A stretch of 28,397 nucleotides of DNA from positions 62,001-90,397 of the forward strand of contig NOWV01000249.1 in assembly GCA_003344405.1 (NCBI GenBank), given 5' to 3'. Position numbers and translations under genes: made by a program. Shown here piece by piece: positions 1 through 12,481 of this stretch. This DNA comes from Trichoplax sp. H2. Lineage: Eukaryota. Position 1 is the first letter of the stretch. The number at the start of each line of letters is the position of its first letter. The notes beneath the pieces were generated by a model. That model was given only the letters and a program-made list of their open reading frames with translations, ran no database searches and was not told the DNA's origin.

Positions 1-2755
1 TGAATTCGAAATCTGAGATTACGAAAGCCAGTAAGTAAGAACTCATTCGGAGGCTTCCTATAAATCAAAAAAGGCAAATATATAATTGCTAAGCTGCGCA
101 ATTTTAAGCATAATTTGTGAGAATTAGTCAACATATTGCCATTGATATCGTATAATAGAAGCACTATTAAAGTAGTATCTCTATTTTATCCTGGTAATGT
201 TTGTGGTAATAGGTATCTATGGAGTATTATACTATAGAAATGACTATAGTACGATATCTATGAAATTGAGGCGTAAGGACTAAAGTGCAGGGAGTATAAT
301 AGATACAGGTATTGTTGAGATTTATTTCATTTAATGTATGGTAGGCATGGTAAATCATTGCAGATTGTTGCAAAATTTAGTTCTTCACAATTTCAATTTA
401 ATTATATGTTGCTTCGAAAAAGGACTAGCAGTTAGTATAAATTCTTAACAAGAAACAAATCAACAGCAATAAAACACACTTATATCTAATGTATAAGAAA
501 TTTAAAATAATATCGCTATTAAAAACGATAACAATTTTGAGGCTAAAACAAAAATTATTAATAGTATGCTTTATAACGTTTGAAGATAGATTAAATTTTA
601 TAACTGTAAACAATTGCTCTTACTATCTTAGTAACATTGGATGATCGTGCTTCCTCTTACTTTGATAAGTTTTTGTAAGATATCCAGGTCGAGTAGCTGC
701 TACCGATGTTAATTCTGGCATATTCCATAAAGCTCCATAATTATTGGGGACACTAATTGTGGCTGTAAACATTGCCTTCAATTCCGGCTCATCCAACAAT
801 GGTATGATCTTACGGGCATCAGTAGGTTGACATTGACTGGCTGCTAGCCATCTATGTGATATTGAATAATAATTAAAATTAAAATTTCGATCATAAATTC
901 GTTTTTCCTATCACCCTATCCGTATAATTTGTTAGTCATTAAGGAATAATGATGCTTAAATCCACAGAGTCGCAATATTAATTATAGTTTCGATACAATG
1001 ATGAGAGAAATCCAAGAGTCTTTCAATTAATAAGGAATTCTTATTATAATTCTATAATGACTAATCGCAATATGTAATACTCCAAATTGTAATAAGAGCC
1101 ATGGGATTTATTATGTACCACTAAAAATAACTTTCGAATACTATATTAAATGCCTTATTTATTTAATCCTGCTTAAGTAATTGTGAATCAATCCAAAGAA
1201 ATAACAACATACTAAATTATGTATCTTAAAAATTTTTCTGACGACAATATTTATCATTATAGGGTATAAGGATTGGTTTGTATAATTACAGTTTCTTATC
1301 GCACGTGAAGGATATCTACAAATCCTAGGTTTTACTTGGTTAGATGGACGTTGTATTGGTTTTAAGACAGGATAGAATGAGGTAGAGAATTTCTGGGATG
1401 GAGTTTAAGACTCATTATTTGGAAAGTTTTCGAAGTCAAGATAGTGTTAAATTATTTTTGGGCTAGTAAATATTAATTAATACTAATTTGATATGATTTA
1501 AATTAAATAATTTTAAGGCATAATGTGTATGATTAGATTATGTAATGTAATTAGAATTCTTGAACATATTAAATATGATCGTTTTGTAAGCAATATGATT
1601 CATAACATAAGGCATGTATTTATCTTAGTAGCTGCCAAATACAATCATTACTTTCATTCCCGGCATGCTTAAAAGTTAAGTTTGCATTGCTACAGTTTCC
1701 ATATGTCTAATTAACTATCGTACTATAATTGACCTTTTACCTTTATCAGTAATATGACATATGACAAATAGTTCGATTCTATAAAAAAAACTAAGCATTC
1801 TCTAGAAAAAAACAGTTACTGAGTAATTTTGTTAATCTAACTAATTAACGGTAACTAATTATGCAAATAGTCATATGTACTGAGTGAGCACATCAAATGA
1901 GATTGGGCAATAACATTATATAAAATCAGTTATCGTACCCTAGACATGCAATTTATTGTCTGTAATAAGTAATTATGCCTTGATATGCAGCTTCTTAGCT
2001 ACTATGACTTGAGACGTTTAAGAATCAATTACTATACCCACAGATATTGTTGTTTCTGATAAAATTGATCGTTCTCTAAAGTTATTGTTATGAACTTACT
2101 TATTAGTACCGTCCGGTTTGGTATAAGAACTCTTGTAAAGACCGTTAAGAACGGTTGATAATGGAGCTTTAAAGTCAAATCGGACATAATAAGTACCAGC
2201 TCCTACAGCATTGTTTAATGCAACATAGTAATAGTCATTAGGTTTAAAGCCTTTGTGTTCTTTAATAGATAGCTTATTCTGTAAAGCTTGATCAGTAGCA
2301 ACTTGAGGTGTTGTAGTTATTTCCATATCCTTGATGTGAAAAATAAAAATGTCGGTTTGTGATGTAACATTCAATTCAGCGACATTACTACCAGTAAAAG
2401 TTAAGGCAGTCATGTCGATTTCTAAGGTGAACCAATATTGGATTGGAATGACATTCTTTGGCAAGCGAATATTATTCACTGCTGCGTAAGGCGATATAGG
2501 CTTTGCTGTTGTAGGTTTAGCAGTAACACCTTTCGTTGTTGGAGCCATCGTTGTCGGAGCCATAGTAGTAACAGCTTCAGTGCTTCCATGGCCGCTAGTT
2601 TGATTTCCTTGAGATAACACTCCAGCCAAAACACCTACAAGAACAATTACACCTATAACAATTATAGCTAGAATAAGTGCCTTCTTCTTGGATATAAAGT
2701 ATCCATTAGGCTGCTTAGTTTGTGTTTCGAAATCTCCTTTTTCGTCAGTTGCCAT
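1..2755 (-). CDS. Type II membrane M1-family zinc aminopeptidase (aminopeptidase N/A-like), 5' part; exons 2755-2100, 851-661, 57-<1, truncated at the window edge
   Basis: Exon 1 has a short cytosolic tail, a TM anchor (ALILAIIVIGVIVLVGVLAGVL), a Thr-rich stalk, RLPKNVIPIQY and GLYKSSY. Exon 2 reads WLAASQCQPTDARKIIPLLDEPELKAMF...ALWNMP and exon 3 reads MSSYLLAFVISDF, both M1 N-terminal-domain motifs. GT-AG junctions have consistent phases (2, 1). GAMEN and HEXXH motifs lie outside the window. Confidence 0.93.
2500..2572 (-). repeat. Coding 15-bp repeats in the aminopeptidase stalk (TTMAP x2, TAKP x2)
   Basis: Plus strand reads gttgttggagccatc / gttgtcggagccata; protein reads VTTMAPTTMAPTTKGVTAKPTTAKP. 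Confidence 0.75.
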
Positions 2756-5565
2756 GCTTTCTTACTATGCCAAAGAACAAATTGCACCTTGTCTTTATGG
2801 TTTAATCAAGAGCTAAAAAAGTTACAAGCACACTGCGCTACCCACAGTAACAGATTGTTAATGCTCTTTGTCGTAACCTTAAATATCGTATATTACCAAC
2901 TGTCCACTATTTAATTATTAGAAATCATCTTTAACGTATTTAACACGTGATTTAGCAAAATGTGTATTTTAGACGAACATCAACAGATGGTAGAAAGTTA
3001 AAGTGGAAATTTTAATATCATAACCAGATAGTTAGAACTAGAGAAATGTATTTCACAAGTCACATGATATATTTGATCGCTAACGATTGTCACATATGAG
3101 TAGGAATTGTTGACTTTGTTTAGTTTTCTCTTTACTGCAGCTAGCCAATAGGTTATGAGCTTGATAGACTGAGCATATCGTAATTAGGTAAATATAAAGT
3201 GATTCATTATTACAGGAATGTACATCAAGCAGCGACTAGGTGTGGTATAAGTGATAAATATACAACGCATTTTTTTGTTTTATTCGAAATTGCATTTACT
3301 TCTAGTGAATCATGGTGAGCACATGGAATTAATATCCTGTTCTAGGTGCTATCAGTTATTGCGATATTTCCAATAGATTTTTTCCACTAGTAGAAATCCC
3401 TGTCTATGAAGCTAAGTTAGGCATCTTACAAGGAAGGCTTATATGGATAAATGGAGTAGATTATTACCATAGGTTAGCTAAAGTAACAAATTGATATCAT
3501 AAGCGATATAAAATGGGTATGGTATGAAAATCCGTGAAAGACAAACTTACAATAAAAGCATCATTGCAATCGTATTTGCATATCAGTATGATAACGTTTT
3601 GTATCTAAAAGTTAACATATGTCACGTATACTATTCTGTATTGAGATTCTCTTCTTGGAAAGACCTTAAAATCGATATTGGTAATGAGACAGTAGAAAAT
3701 TTTAAGTCCTGCTTTATTTTATGAAAATAGCCAAATAAGTGATCTATAGCATTTGGTCAAAAAATAAAATCGCGCCCGAACAATAAAGTTCTAAAATGCG
3801 ATCACATAAAATATCTAGCAAAATTATGTTTCAGGTGTGATTATAACCAACACCGTACTAATTTTCATAAGTAAAGTAGGGTAGTCTTGAATTGCTACAA
3901 ATTGCTATTATCGTAACTTACGATAATAATAGACATTTCGATAAGATGGCCTTTAGCAAACAAATAAACTGATGTTGTTGAATATTATTTACATGATCTA
4001 CGTTGCATATAGAGCTTTTATAGGACGACTTGATAAATACTTTCTAAAATTCTTGAAGTTGTACAACCGAATGTAAATTCAAAATATTATGTGATTACGA
4101 TCTAACCAATAACATAATCACGATAATTTCTATTTCAGTGAAAAGGTGATGATACGAAGATCGAAGTGTATATCATCATATCGATATACAGTATTAAAAG
4201 TTAGTAACTGTTAATTTAATTTCAATTCATTTAATCTAATTTGAAAGGTAGACTATAATATATATAATTAATTTATTTACGTTAGACTAGACAGGCAAGG
4301 CCGTTAGAGGCTTGTAGTTTAATAATAATTCATGAAGTGCAATTCTTGATTATGACTGAATTTGAACCATTAAAAATATTTTAACAACCCATTGATTAAG
4401 ATGATAGAAAATTCTTATTATGTTTGGATGTCAGTTATTCTATGCATAAAAGTTAGGAAATTTTAATACCTAAATTAATAGTTCCATTGTGTATCGAACT
4501 GATTATTAAATCAACCTTAGCCAGGACTTTGGCTTCGATTGCATCATAATGTGTCATATTCATGTTTATATAAAGTAATTTTATGAAGTGACTCTTGATA
4601 ATTATAATATGCTACATAATATGATTTTATCGGAAAAATTACAGATAGCTGAGAGAGATATCTTTCATGGCAAATCTTGGAGAGATTGAGATCTTGCACA
4701 GTATATTGTAATGATGGAAAAAAATCTTCAGAAGATAACAAATTACTACTCTTCTGTTGCGATATACTCAGCTATGAGCTATTTTGAGTTACCTAGCAAT
4801 CTACCCAATCGAAGGTTGTACAGCATTCCTACTCAGCTATATTTGATTATTCTATCGCTTCTTTATGTATATGTAGCACATATAAATGGATATATGCATC
4901 ATGCACTAGCTGCAGTTTATTCCTAGATAAATAAATTTCATTCTCTGATAGTCAGAACTTTTGATGTCATTTCAGAGCTATCGATTATACTGCTAGCCAT
5001 TAGTCTTTACATAGTTTATCCACTTCCTAGAGGATGGATTAATTCCTCTCGTAATTGTCATCTTGCCTTATGGTACAATTCATATTGTCAGACATATTGT
5101 ATGCAAAATTTTTTCACATTTTAAATTTTGTACTGTCTAAATTGTAAGATAAGTAGCTTATACTATAGCACAGTAGAGATCTAAGTGTTCTTAGAATCTG
5201 AATTCTGCTATCGTATCGGTGACAATAATTATAATTTAATTGCTCTATGTATTAATTAGCCGTCGTAGAATATAGCATAGTATCTATACGCAGATCACTA
5301 ATATTACTTGATCGCATCCAATAGCATTGGATCAAGTACCAGGTCGGGAATCCTTTGTGTTATACTGTATTAATTGATCAAAGACGCATTCTTGTAGGAC
5401 ACAGTACTTACCGTAGCTGTAAGATAATTGCATTCGATTAGCGCTATAATGGCGTAGGTTTATAATTACGCCACATCATATTTGATTACTAAATCTTTAT
5501 GGTCTTTAAGGCGTAGGTGTTGAACCCTGGTGCTGCCTGATACTACGTATTTTGTTCCGGAACCG

Positions 5566-5692
5566 GAATGTAAACAGGTTACACAGGCCCTGCAATAGGC
5601 CACCAGAAAAATAACCTCCTATTACATTACTCCCTGATCATGAAATGTAAACAGGCTATGCAAACGCTCCTATGAGCTACTAGAAAAAAACG
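5566..5692. repeat. Degenerate direct repeat, 2 copies about 77 bp apart
   Basis: aatgtaaacaggtta...ccagaaaaataac versus aatgtaaacaggcta...ctagaaaaaaac. Confidence 0.55.
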
Positions 5693-6188
5693 AGATCAAT
5701 GCACAATACTATGTAGAAGTGACTGCCTATAGTAAAATACATCTATAACTCTACAACATAGGGAATCGAGCATAGGCCTTCGACGTTAATTCGTAGTATT
5801 CCTCTATTTAATAATCATTCTCATTTACTGTCCCTAAATAAAATCTTGTATTATAACGATACAAAAATCACGTTAATAGTTTTCAAATGCATATCATAAA
5901 TACTGAGTAATTTCATAAATATTTCACTGCTGGAGCGTGAATCAATGAATTAATTTTATTATTAATGGTGGTTAGGATCATCACGTCAAGATCTACAAAT
6001 GTCGCTATGGTCCTATATGACCCCTTGTCCGTCTCTCGTACATGGTACACTATCCTACTTTAATAACCCATATATGGCACTTTACCTTACTCTACACTAT
6101 AGTAAGGTAATCCAGTGGAAGTCTGTAGCCATGGGGATTCGAGATACCCATAGTCTGCCAGTATCGTCTTCCATCTACTACTCCCAAC

Positions 6189-9100
6189 ATGTCAACAACC
6201 TGGTGGAGCGATGAATGGAGCAAATTTATCGAGTGCTATCGTCATAGCAATCATGAATTGAGTTTCGATCCATCTAAGGTATGTCTATATATAATATGAT
6301 TAAGTCTATCGCTTTTATAAGGGTAACAACAGTCACTATTTTGCTAATGTCTCTCCTCATTGACTCGATCGCATTGAATGCATGGATGCCGTAGGTGACA
6401 TTGGAAATTGTACAGTCAATCGAGAATGACAACTCCACTGACAGCCTTACTTTGGTCTTAACGACTATATGTCAATTAATGATGAGCTTTAAAGCTGAAG
6501 AAAAGGCCATAATTGAGCTAAGGTTTATACTAGATTGGATAACGATAATAATTTGGCTAGATTTATTTCTAAATAACGTTGTCTTAAATGTAGAAATCTA
6601 TGCAATCGTATTCCAAAATGGTGCTCAGCTGGTTGTTTCTATCGGACGATTCACTCTTTATTGGATGAGCAATTGTATTGGAGTCAAGGATCACATTATT
6701 CGGTATAAAATTACTAAGGTACTGTAATATTTTAATAGTTGCGTTAAGTAACATGAGATATTTCTTACCCTATGGACAGAAAACGCTGACAGACGTGGTA
6801 CAGTGTATTATAGTCAGTGATAACGCATCGGAATGGCTGCTGGAAGAGCCACCTAATTCACATGATAATCAACATCAAAATGATCTACTAATGTTTTGTG
6901 CCAATCTAATAAGAGAATTACATCTGATAAAGTTAAAAGATGAAAATGATGGTGAGAAGATACTATATTCGGATAATTGTATAAATGCAATGTGATACTA
7001 CTACAATTATTTAGTACAACAAATAGCTTAAAACCTGATATCGCTTGTGTAGTACTAAATCCAAGAGACGTTGAACTATATAACACCAAAGCCTACTTCA
7101 GCATACACATTTTGGCATCCTTATTACGTTGTGGAATTACGAAATCTGATAACTGCGAAGGGGAAGGAAATAACTGTACTCTTGTTTGGTCGTTAGTTAG
7201 AAAGATTGCCAGCTCTGCTTTCATATTCTTTGCAGCATGTCATAGTAATGAGGTCAATTATGCAAATAAGAATCTACCATGGATTACACCTGAAGCAATT
7301 GAATATATTGATGGTAAGAAAGTAATCCTGCAGTAGTGTAATTTTTTCACGTTTAGGTGAAAACAAGTGCAAAGGACGGTCATAACAGCTCTAAGTATTT
7401 CTAATACATTCATTTACTACTGCGAAATGTTTCAGTTTCATCTACATACTTATAACCATGACTTTTTATGTACTACCTCTTTAATTATGATTTTAGATTT
7501 AATATCCGCCCTGCTACAGACGTGTAATCTTAATAATGTTACGTCCTTATTAACTGGAGTAAATCGTTCGGAAAGAACTGCTAATAAAGGTAAGGATAAA
7601 ATCTGAATAGTACATCAGAAGCGATCATTTGTCTCATAGTCATAAATTAAAAATTTTTACTGCAAATTAGGAAATTTTATCAATCGTTATCCAGATGGCT
7701 TCTTATCATTAATTATGAAAGAAATGCAGCCCTATATATGCCATTCTAACTGGAAATTATATCCAATAGCGAAATATTGTCTAGCTTGGATAATTTCTAA
7801 CGTTAAGGCAAGCCAAAAATTATTCATTTACGTAAATCTTTATCCTTTTATATGTCAACGTACTAACTAAGAATCCTTTCTTTCAGCATCCACATTTAAA
7901 TAATCACCTAGACTCTTGCCTTCCTACAATTTTAACTCTAATTGATGATCATCAGGTATCGCTTACTCCATGTTTCACATTTGTGATAAAGGTTGCAAAT
8001 AAACTTGTAATGCAAATAACCATGTAACATTGCCTATGGATTAAGTTATGTCGTTAAGCTGTATCCTATCTATTAATAGGTTGAGAATAAGATAATAAGC
8101 ATCAAGTGCCTGAAACATGTTATTGACAATGTGGTAAAAAGACTATTCCACTACCAGTTTATTAATCACGAAAGCATTTTATAAGTTTACCTATTATATA
8201 TTTGAATACTATGTAGGATGCTTCCGAGCTGAAACGATATGAACGAGCAAGTGTTATTCACCATGTCAGTCTATCAAAAAATAATACCTGACATATTTAG
8301 TCATTGCATTTCGTAAATAATATATTGTATTATCGTGTATTACACGTCATAGTTAGCAGTTAGCGTCGACTTGAAATATTGTCCAATTTTTTTTGTGTTA
8401 TCACAGGCACTATCGCAACAACTATATCTAAGAGAACCAACGCTGATCCCTGTTCTTCATTCATGCTTGCTAAGTATCCTTGAAGTGATAGAAAAATCCC
8501 CAAGGGATTATAGAAATGCTCCTCGGAAGGTATTTGAGCCCCCTCAATTACTATCATATTAGCAAAGAAAATTGATTTAAATGAATTATTTCACATATTC
8601 CAGTTCGATAATTTCGATAAAATTATATCTACCGTATTAAATTCAATGGAGTTTGAAAGCGAAATAGCACTTCGTAAGGTAGGTCTCCTACATCATTGAG
8701 GTACCTTTTTAATTTATTGAAACATATAGTGCTCTGTATGAATAGAATTCTAATGTTGTTTAGGCTTATGCACAAAACTTGTACAAGTTTATCGAACATA
8801 TGGGGATTTCGATAGTAAAGCACATCAACGTTAGTGACAAATGATTTATGTTTTGCTTTCCCGTACATACTGTATCAGGTATGAGCATCGGTAATCTTGT
8901 AAATTTTCAGAAAATATTGTCGGTCCTGATATCATACTTGGAAGTCTATGATGGGCCTACTGAGCATATCCGATTTCTTATCCTTAAAGCTTTAAAGTAC
9001 CTTATCATAGAAGCATGGCCTAGGTATTCCCTTATCTTGACAATGTTTTATTGTTAACTGAAATAACATTACAATTTCTGATAAAAGAGCAAACCTAAAC

Positions 9101-9724
9101 TTGCCGCCTTGCCGTTTTTTCGCAACTGTTTTGTAGAATTCCAGCTCATTTCGGAAAGATTTTTAAATCTTTATCACGATTGTTAATAGACGTTCGTGGT
9201 ATTTCCGCGACTACAACTACTCCTATAGAAGGTTTGTCGTGCTAACCCTTGAAAGAGTATTTTCGTTTTGCGAGGTATAAAAGTGTCTGCTATACTAACA
9301 TAATATAATCTTTGCGCTGTGTACTGGTATAATTCTGGAAAATATGCAAACTAGTTGAAAATAAACTATTTCATGACACCGTCCAAACGATGAAATTACT
9401 AAGCAAGTGTTGCCCGCAATTGTTTAAGGTATGACGACGTTTACGGCCAGTATCATAGCACACTGTAAATACCGATGTGTGCTAACTATTACCTTGCTAG
9501 AGAAACGTTTTGCAGTACTTCATTTTAACGTTACTACTGCCAATTATTCGAATCTTCAACCTATTCTCAATTGTAACTTCATTGACTTCAAGGAATATAT
9601 GCAAAGTATACGATCACTCAACATTCCGCCACTCGATGAATTTATCTCTCTGTACGAAAAAGTACATTCAGAGAGCATTGAAATCGTAGATTTTATTAAA
9701 GGTATGCATAATATTAATTTATAA
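6189..9724 (+). CDS. TTI2: TELO2-interacting protein 2 (TTT complex subunit), about 612 aa. Exons: 6189-6278, 6395-6522, 6594-6702, 6780-6951, 7053-7313, 7497-7589, 7671-7807, 7887-7955, 8080-8133, 8217-8264, 8407-8529, 8604-8678, 8764-8829, 8911-9023, 9137-9231, 9355-9428, 9593-9724
   Basis: The spliced translation includes NWKLYPIAKYCLAWIISNVKHPHLNNHLDSCLPTILTLIDDHQVENKIISIKCLKHVIDNV, ALRKAYAQNL and SYLEVYDGPTEHIRFLILKALKYLIIEAWPRI, which match TTI2 as I recall it (DDYQTENK, YLEVYDGP, TWPRV). Phases are consistent across all junctions. The first four exons and the last exon (AAG acceptor) are less certain. Confidence 0.9.
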
Positions 9725-10460
9725 GGAGACAAAGTTATCATGAATTTCTTGCATTGCATTAAGACTTACGACTACCCTGTGCTGATTTAATGTTGAAGTA
9801 GTATACAGTAATGATCATATTTAGAGGTAAATGAGGCTCGGTCAAAGAGATAATCCAGCCTTTCTTTTGTTACAGATTCACCAGATGCCATTACAGCCCT
9901 ACGATTAGCTCTTTCTTAATCATATTCCTTGTTTTGATTAGTAGCTATCACTCCTGGTAGAATTAACTCATTGCACTGTACGATAAGGTTACGATCATGT
10001 AAAGATTTATTATAGGTGTATGATAGCGAGGGTATCCTTGATAGGATTGTAAAGATCGTCACATGCACGGTCAAAGTTTATTTCCTACTATAAATCAATA
10101 CATTTCTCGTAACTGTATTTTATATCAAGTTTGGAATAGCATAACGTTATTATCCGCTCAATCTAGAAGATATTTGCAATGCTGTATTATAGAGTAACGT
10201 GTACAAAGGATATACTCACACCAATAATTGCAAACATACAACATTAAGTTTATATGAGATAATTTACAAGTAGCTAAATTTTTTAGTGATTTATACATAA
10301 AATAACAATGTTAAATTTGTTCAGCAGCTATCAAGAACTGTCAATACTTTGAGTTATTGCAAATAGACTCCGATTTATCCATTTAACGATGTCAATAACA
10401 TATAACTGATGCTGTTAACCGTTTTCATGATTAATAAAATTACTGACTGACACCCAATTA

Positions 10461-11837
10461 TTACTTTAAGGAATCCTTGATAATATCGTTGATTTTTTCA
10501 GGACTATTCTTTAAACCAAAGAAGACACTGTTAACTCCACTATTCCAATATTCTTTGAGCTTCTCTGTAGCCACATTATCCTGTAAAGGAACGAGTACTG
10601 TCCATTAGTCATAGCTTCATATAATACCATAGGTGAACAAGTTTTGCATTTAGCTCACGTTTACAATGTAACTGTGCCTATCATCTGCATTATAATTTCA
10701 CAATGAAGAAACTTTAACAGCTATATATTTTACATGAATACATAGTACATGGTACACAGTAATCATCCTGATTAAAGTAAAGCTAGGTCCTATATACCGT
10801 ATATTAAAATACAGTATCATCGTCTAAGCTACTGGTACTGGGTAATGGTCTAGCCACTTAAGGTTAATACAAGCATATACTGTACAGTAGTAGGAAATAC
10901 TGCTAGTATCAGATATAAAAGTTAGGCAGCTCAAGATCCGTTTGCTGTAGATAGTCCCTAATCTGTCTTCAATTCGTCGCAATAGTGTGGAATTGCTAAC
11001 TATCGATACAAATACATTTAAAACTAGTTCAACTTTGCTAGTATCAGATCTAGTGTTAATATCTAGGTATTGCGTCTGAAGATGTATACGTAAATAATCT
11101 TGACAATATAATTGTACACATCGCCTGCATTCTAGTTTACGAGAAAAATTCAATTCATCGTAACAGTATACTGTAGAGTTGCTAGCTAACGATACAAAAA
11201 CGTTCAAAACTAGTTGAACTTTGTTAGCATCAGATCTGGTATAAGTACTGTATAAGTATGTTAAAATATCGATGTCTAGGCCAGTGGATAGAAGCCTGAT
11301 TGCTTCAAGCTACTACCATACCGTATGGGAGGAGATCTTATTTGCTAGGATGATGAGAGAGAGGAGTTTGATTAGACAGCTCTATTTACTGTCGACAGTG
11401 TATCATCTGTCTTCAATACGTCGTAATAGCGCGGAATAACTTTATAACTAGTTAATCTTTGATAGGGTGAGATCTAGCATACGATCTCGTTCTAGCTGGA
11501 AATGAATAGTGGCATTTATCGCAAAAATATGGACCCTCAAACTGTAGGTAAACAACATCTCACAAGACCAACTATCATCCTGGTATGATCAACGATTTAA
11601 CCCAATGTTTCAATTACTTACTCTTAAATTAGATAATCTGTCCTCAGCTGCCATTTTCTCCGCTTGATTCAATTGGGGTAAAAAGGTTGCTTTGACTTTA
11701 TTATAAACTTCACCGCTGTTATTGGTAGAATTGCTCCATAATCCTTCCACAACAGTCAAGTAGACTGCACCTACTCCAATACCCACTTTGAAGGCAAATT
11801 TAGCAAATCTAAATGATCGACTTCCACTCGACGCCAT
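10461..11837 (-). CDS. MICOS13: MICOS complex subunit MIC13/QIL1, 111 aa; exons 11837-11622 and 10580-10461
   Basis: Exon 1 reads KFAFKVGIGVGAVYLTVVEGLWS (GxxxG TM segment) and ends at AGA|GTAAGT. Exon 2 follows tttacag| and reads DNVATEKLKEYWNSGVNSVFFGLKNSPEKINDIIKDSLK*, which contains the family's WN motif. Confidence 0.88.
10895..11480. repeat. Degenerate intronic repeat (about 3 copies plus a fragment) in the MICOS13 intron
   Basis: Recurring blocks (ctgtc)ttcaat(t/a)cgtcg(c/t)aatag and aactagtt(c/g)aactttg(c/t)tag(t/c)atcagatct near 10963-11052, 11149-11238 and 11407-11477. Confidence 0.7.
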
Positions 11838-12481
11838 CGATTTATGTCTGTTTAATTACAAGCTGTCTTCAATAACCGATCTCTCACTGAATTCCGATAA
11901 TAGAATAGCGTAAAAACTACTCTTTAAGGAGATCAATCTAACCACAAGGAACTTACCTCCCTACAGGAGTACTATTTTCATCCAATATGGGGATGCCTTT
12001 AACTTAAATGTTGCAGGAACAGGTCTAAGAGAGCTGATCAATTTGAGTAGTTAGCCAATAATCGCACTGATGATGCTATAGTACTCACTATAACTTCGAG
12101 TCAAGAATGTAGCACAATACTATCCATAGTATAGCTGTCGGCTCCGGTAATCATTTTTTCAACGGTGCTAGAGAGGCTATACCGCTGTCTGTTCCGTCTG
12201 TTACATGACGTAACCATGCTGCAGATCACAGCGTCTGCGCAGTAAAAGAGCGAAATTTTAATGTTTTCGCTCCAATATGGCGTTGAATTTTAATTTTGGG
12301 ATTTGTATGCATTCATCCAACAGTAAATCACCAAAAAAATTCGCACTCTTATATTGCCGGTGAAATTGATTAACTACCGTACTATATATCAGGTATATAC
12401 TGTTTAAGATGGCCGTATTACTATAGTGTACTATAGTTGATTCATTATATGCTTTCTTTTGCTATGCTACTATACTGTATG

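Noticed and set aside
2720..6214. Short ORFs at 2720, 3524, 4544, 4711 and 5999
   Set aside because: No recognisable motifs or splice-compatible partners; lengths are as expected by chance in AT-rich DNA.
6853..9759. Minus-strand ORFs at 6853, 8360, 8629 and 9556
   Set aside because: Antisense shadows of TTI2 exons.
10824..11207. 127-aa minus-strand ORF with an internal repeat (NVFVSLASNST / NVFVSIVSNST)
   Set aside because: It lies in the MICOS13 intron, has no true ATG start, and the peptide repeat simply reflects the DNA repeat.
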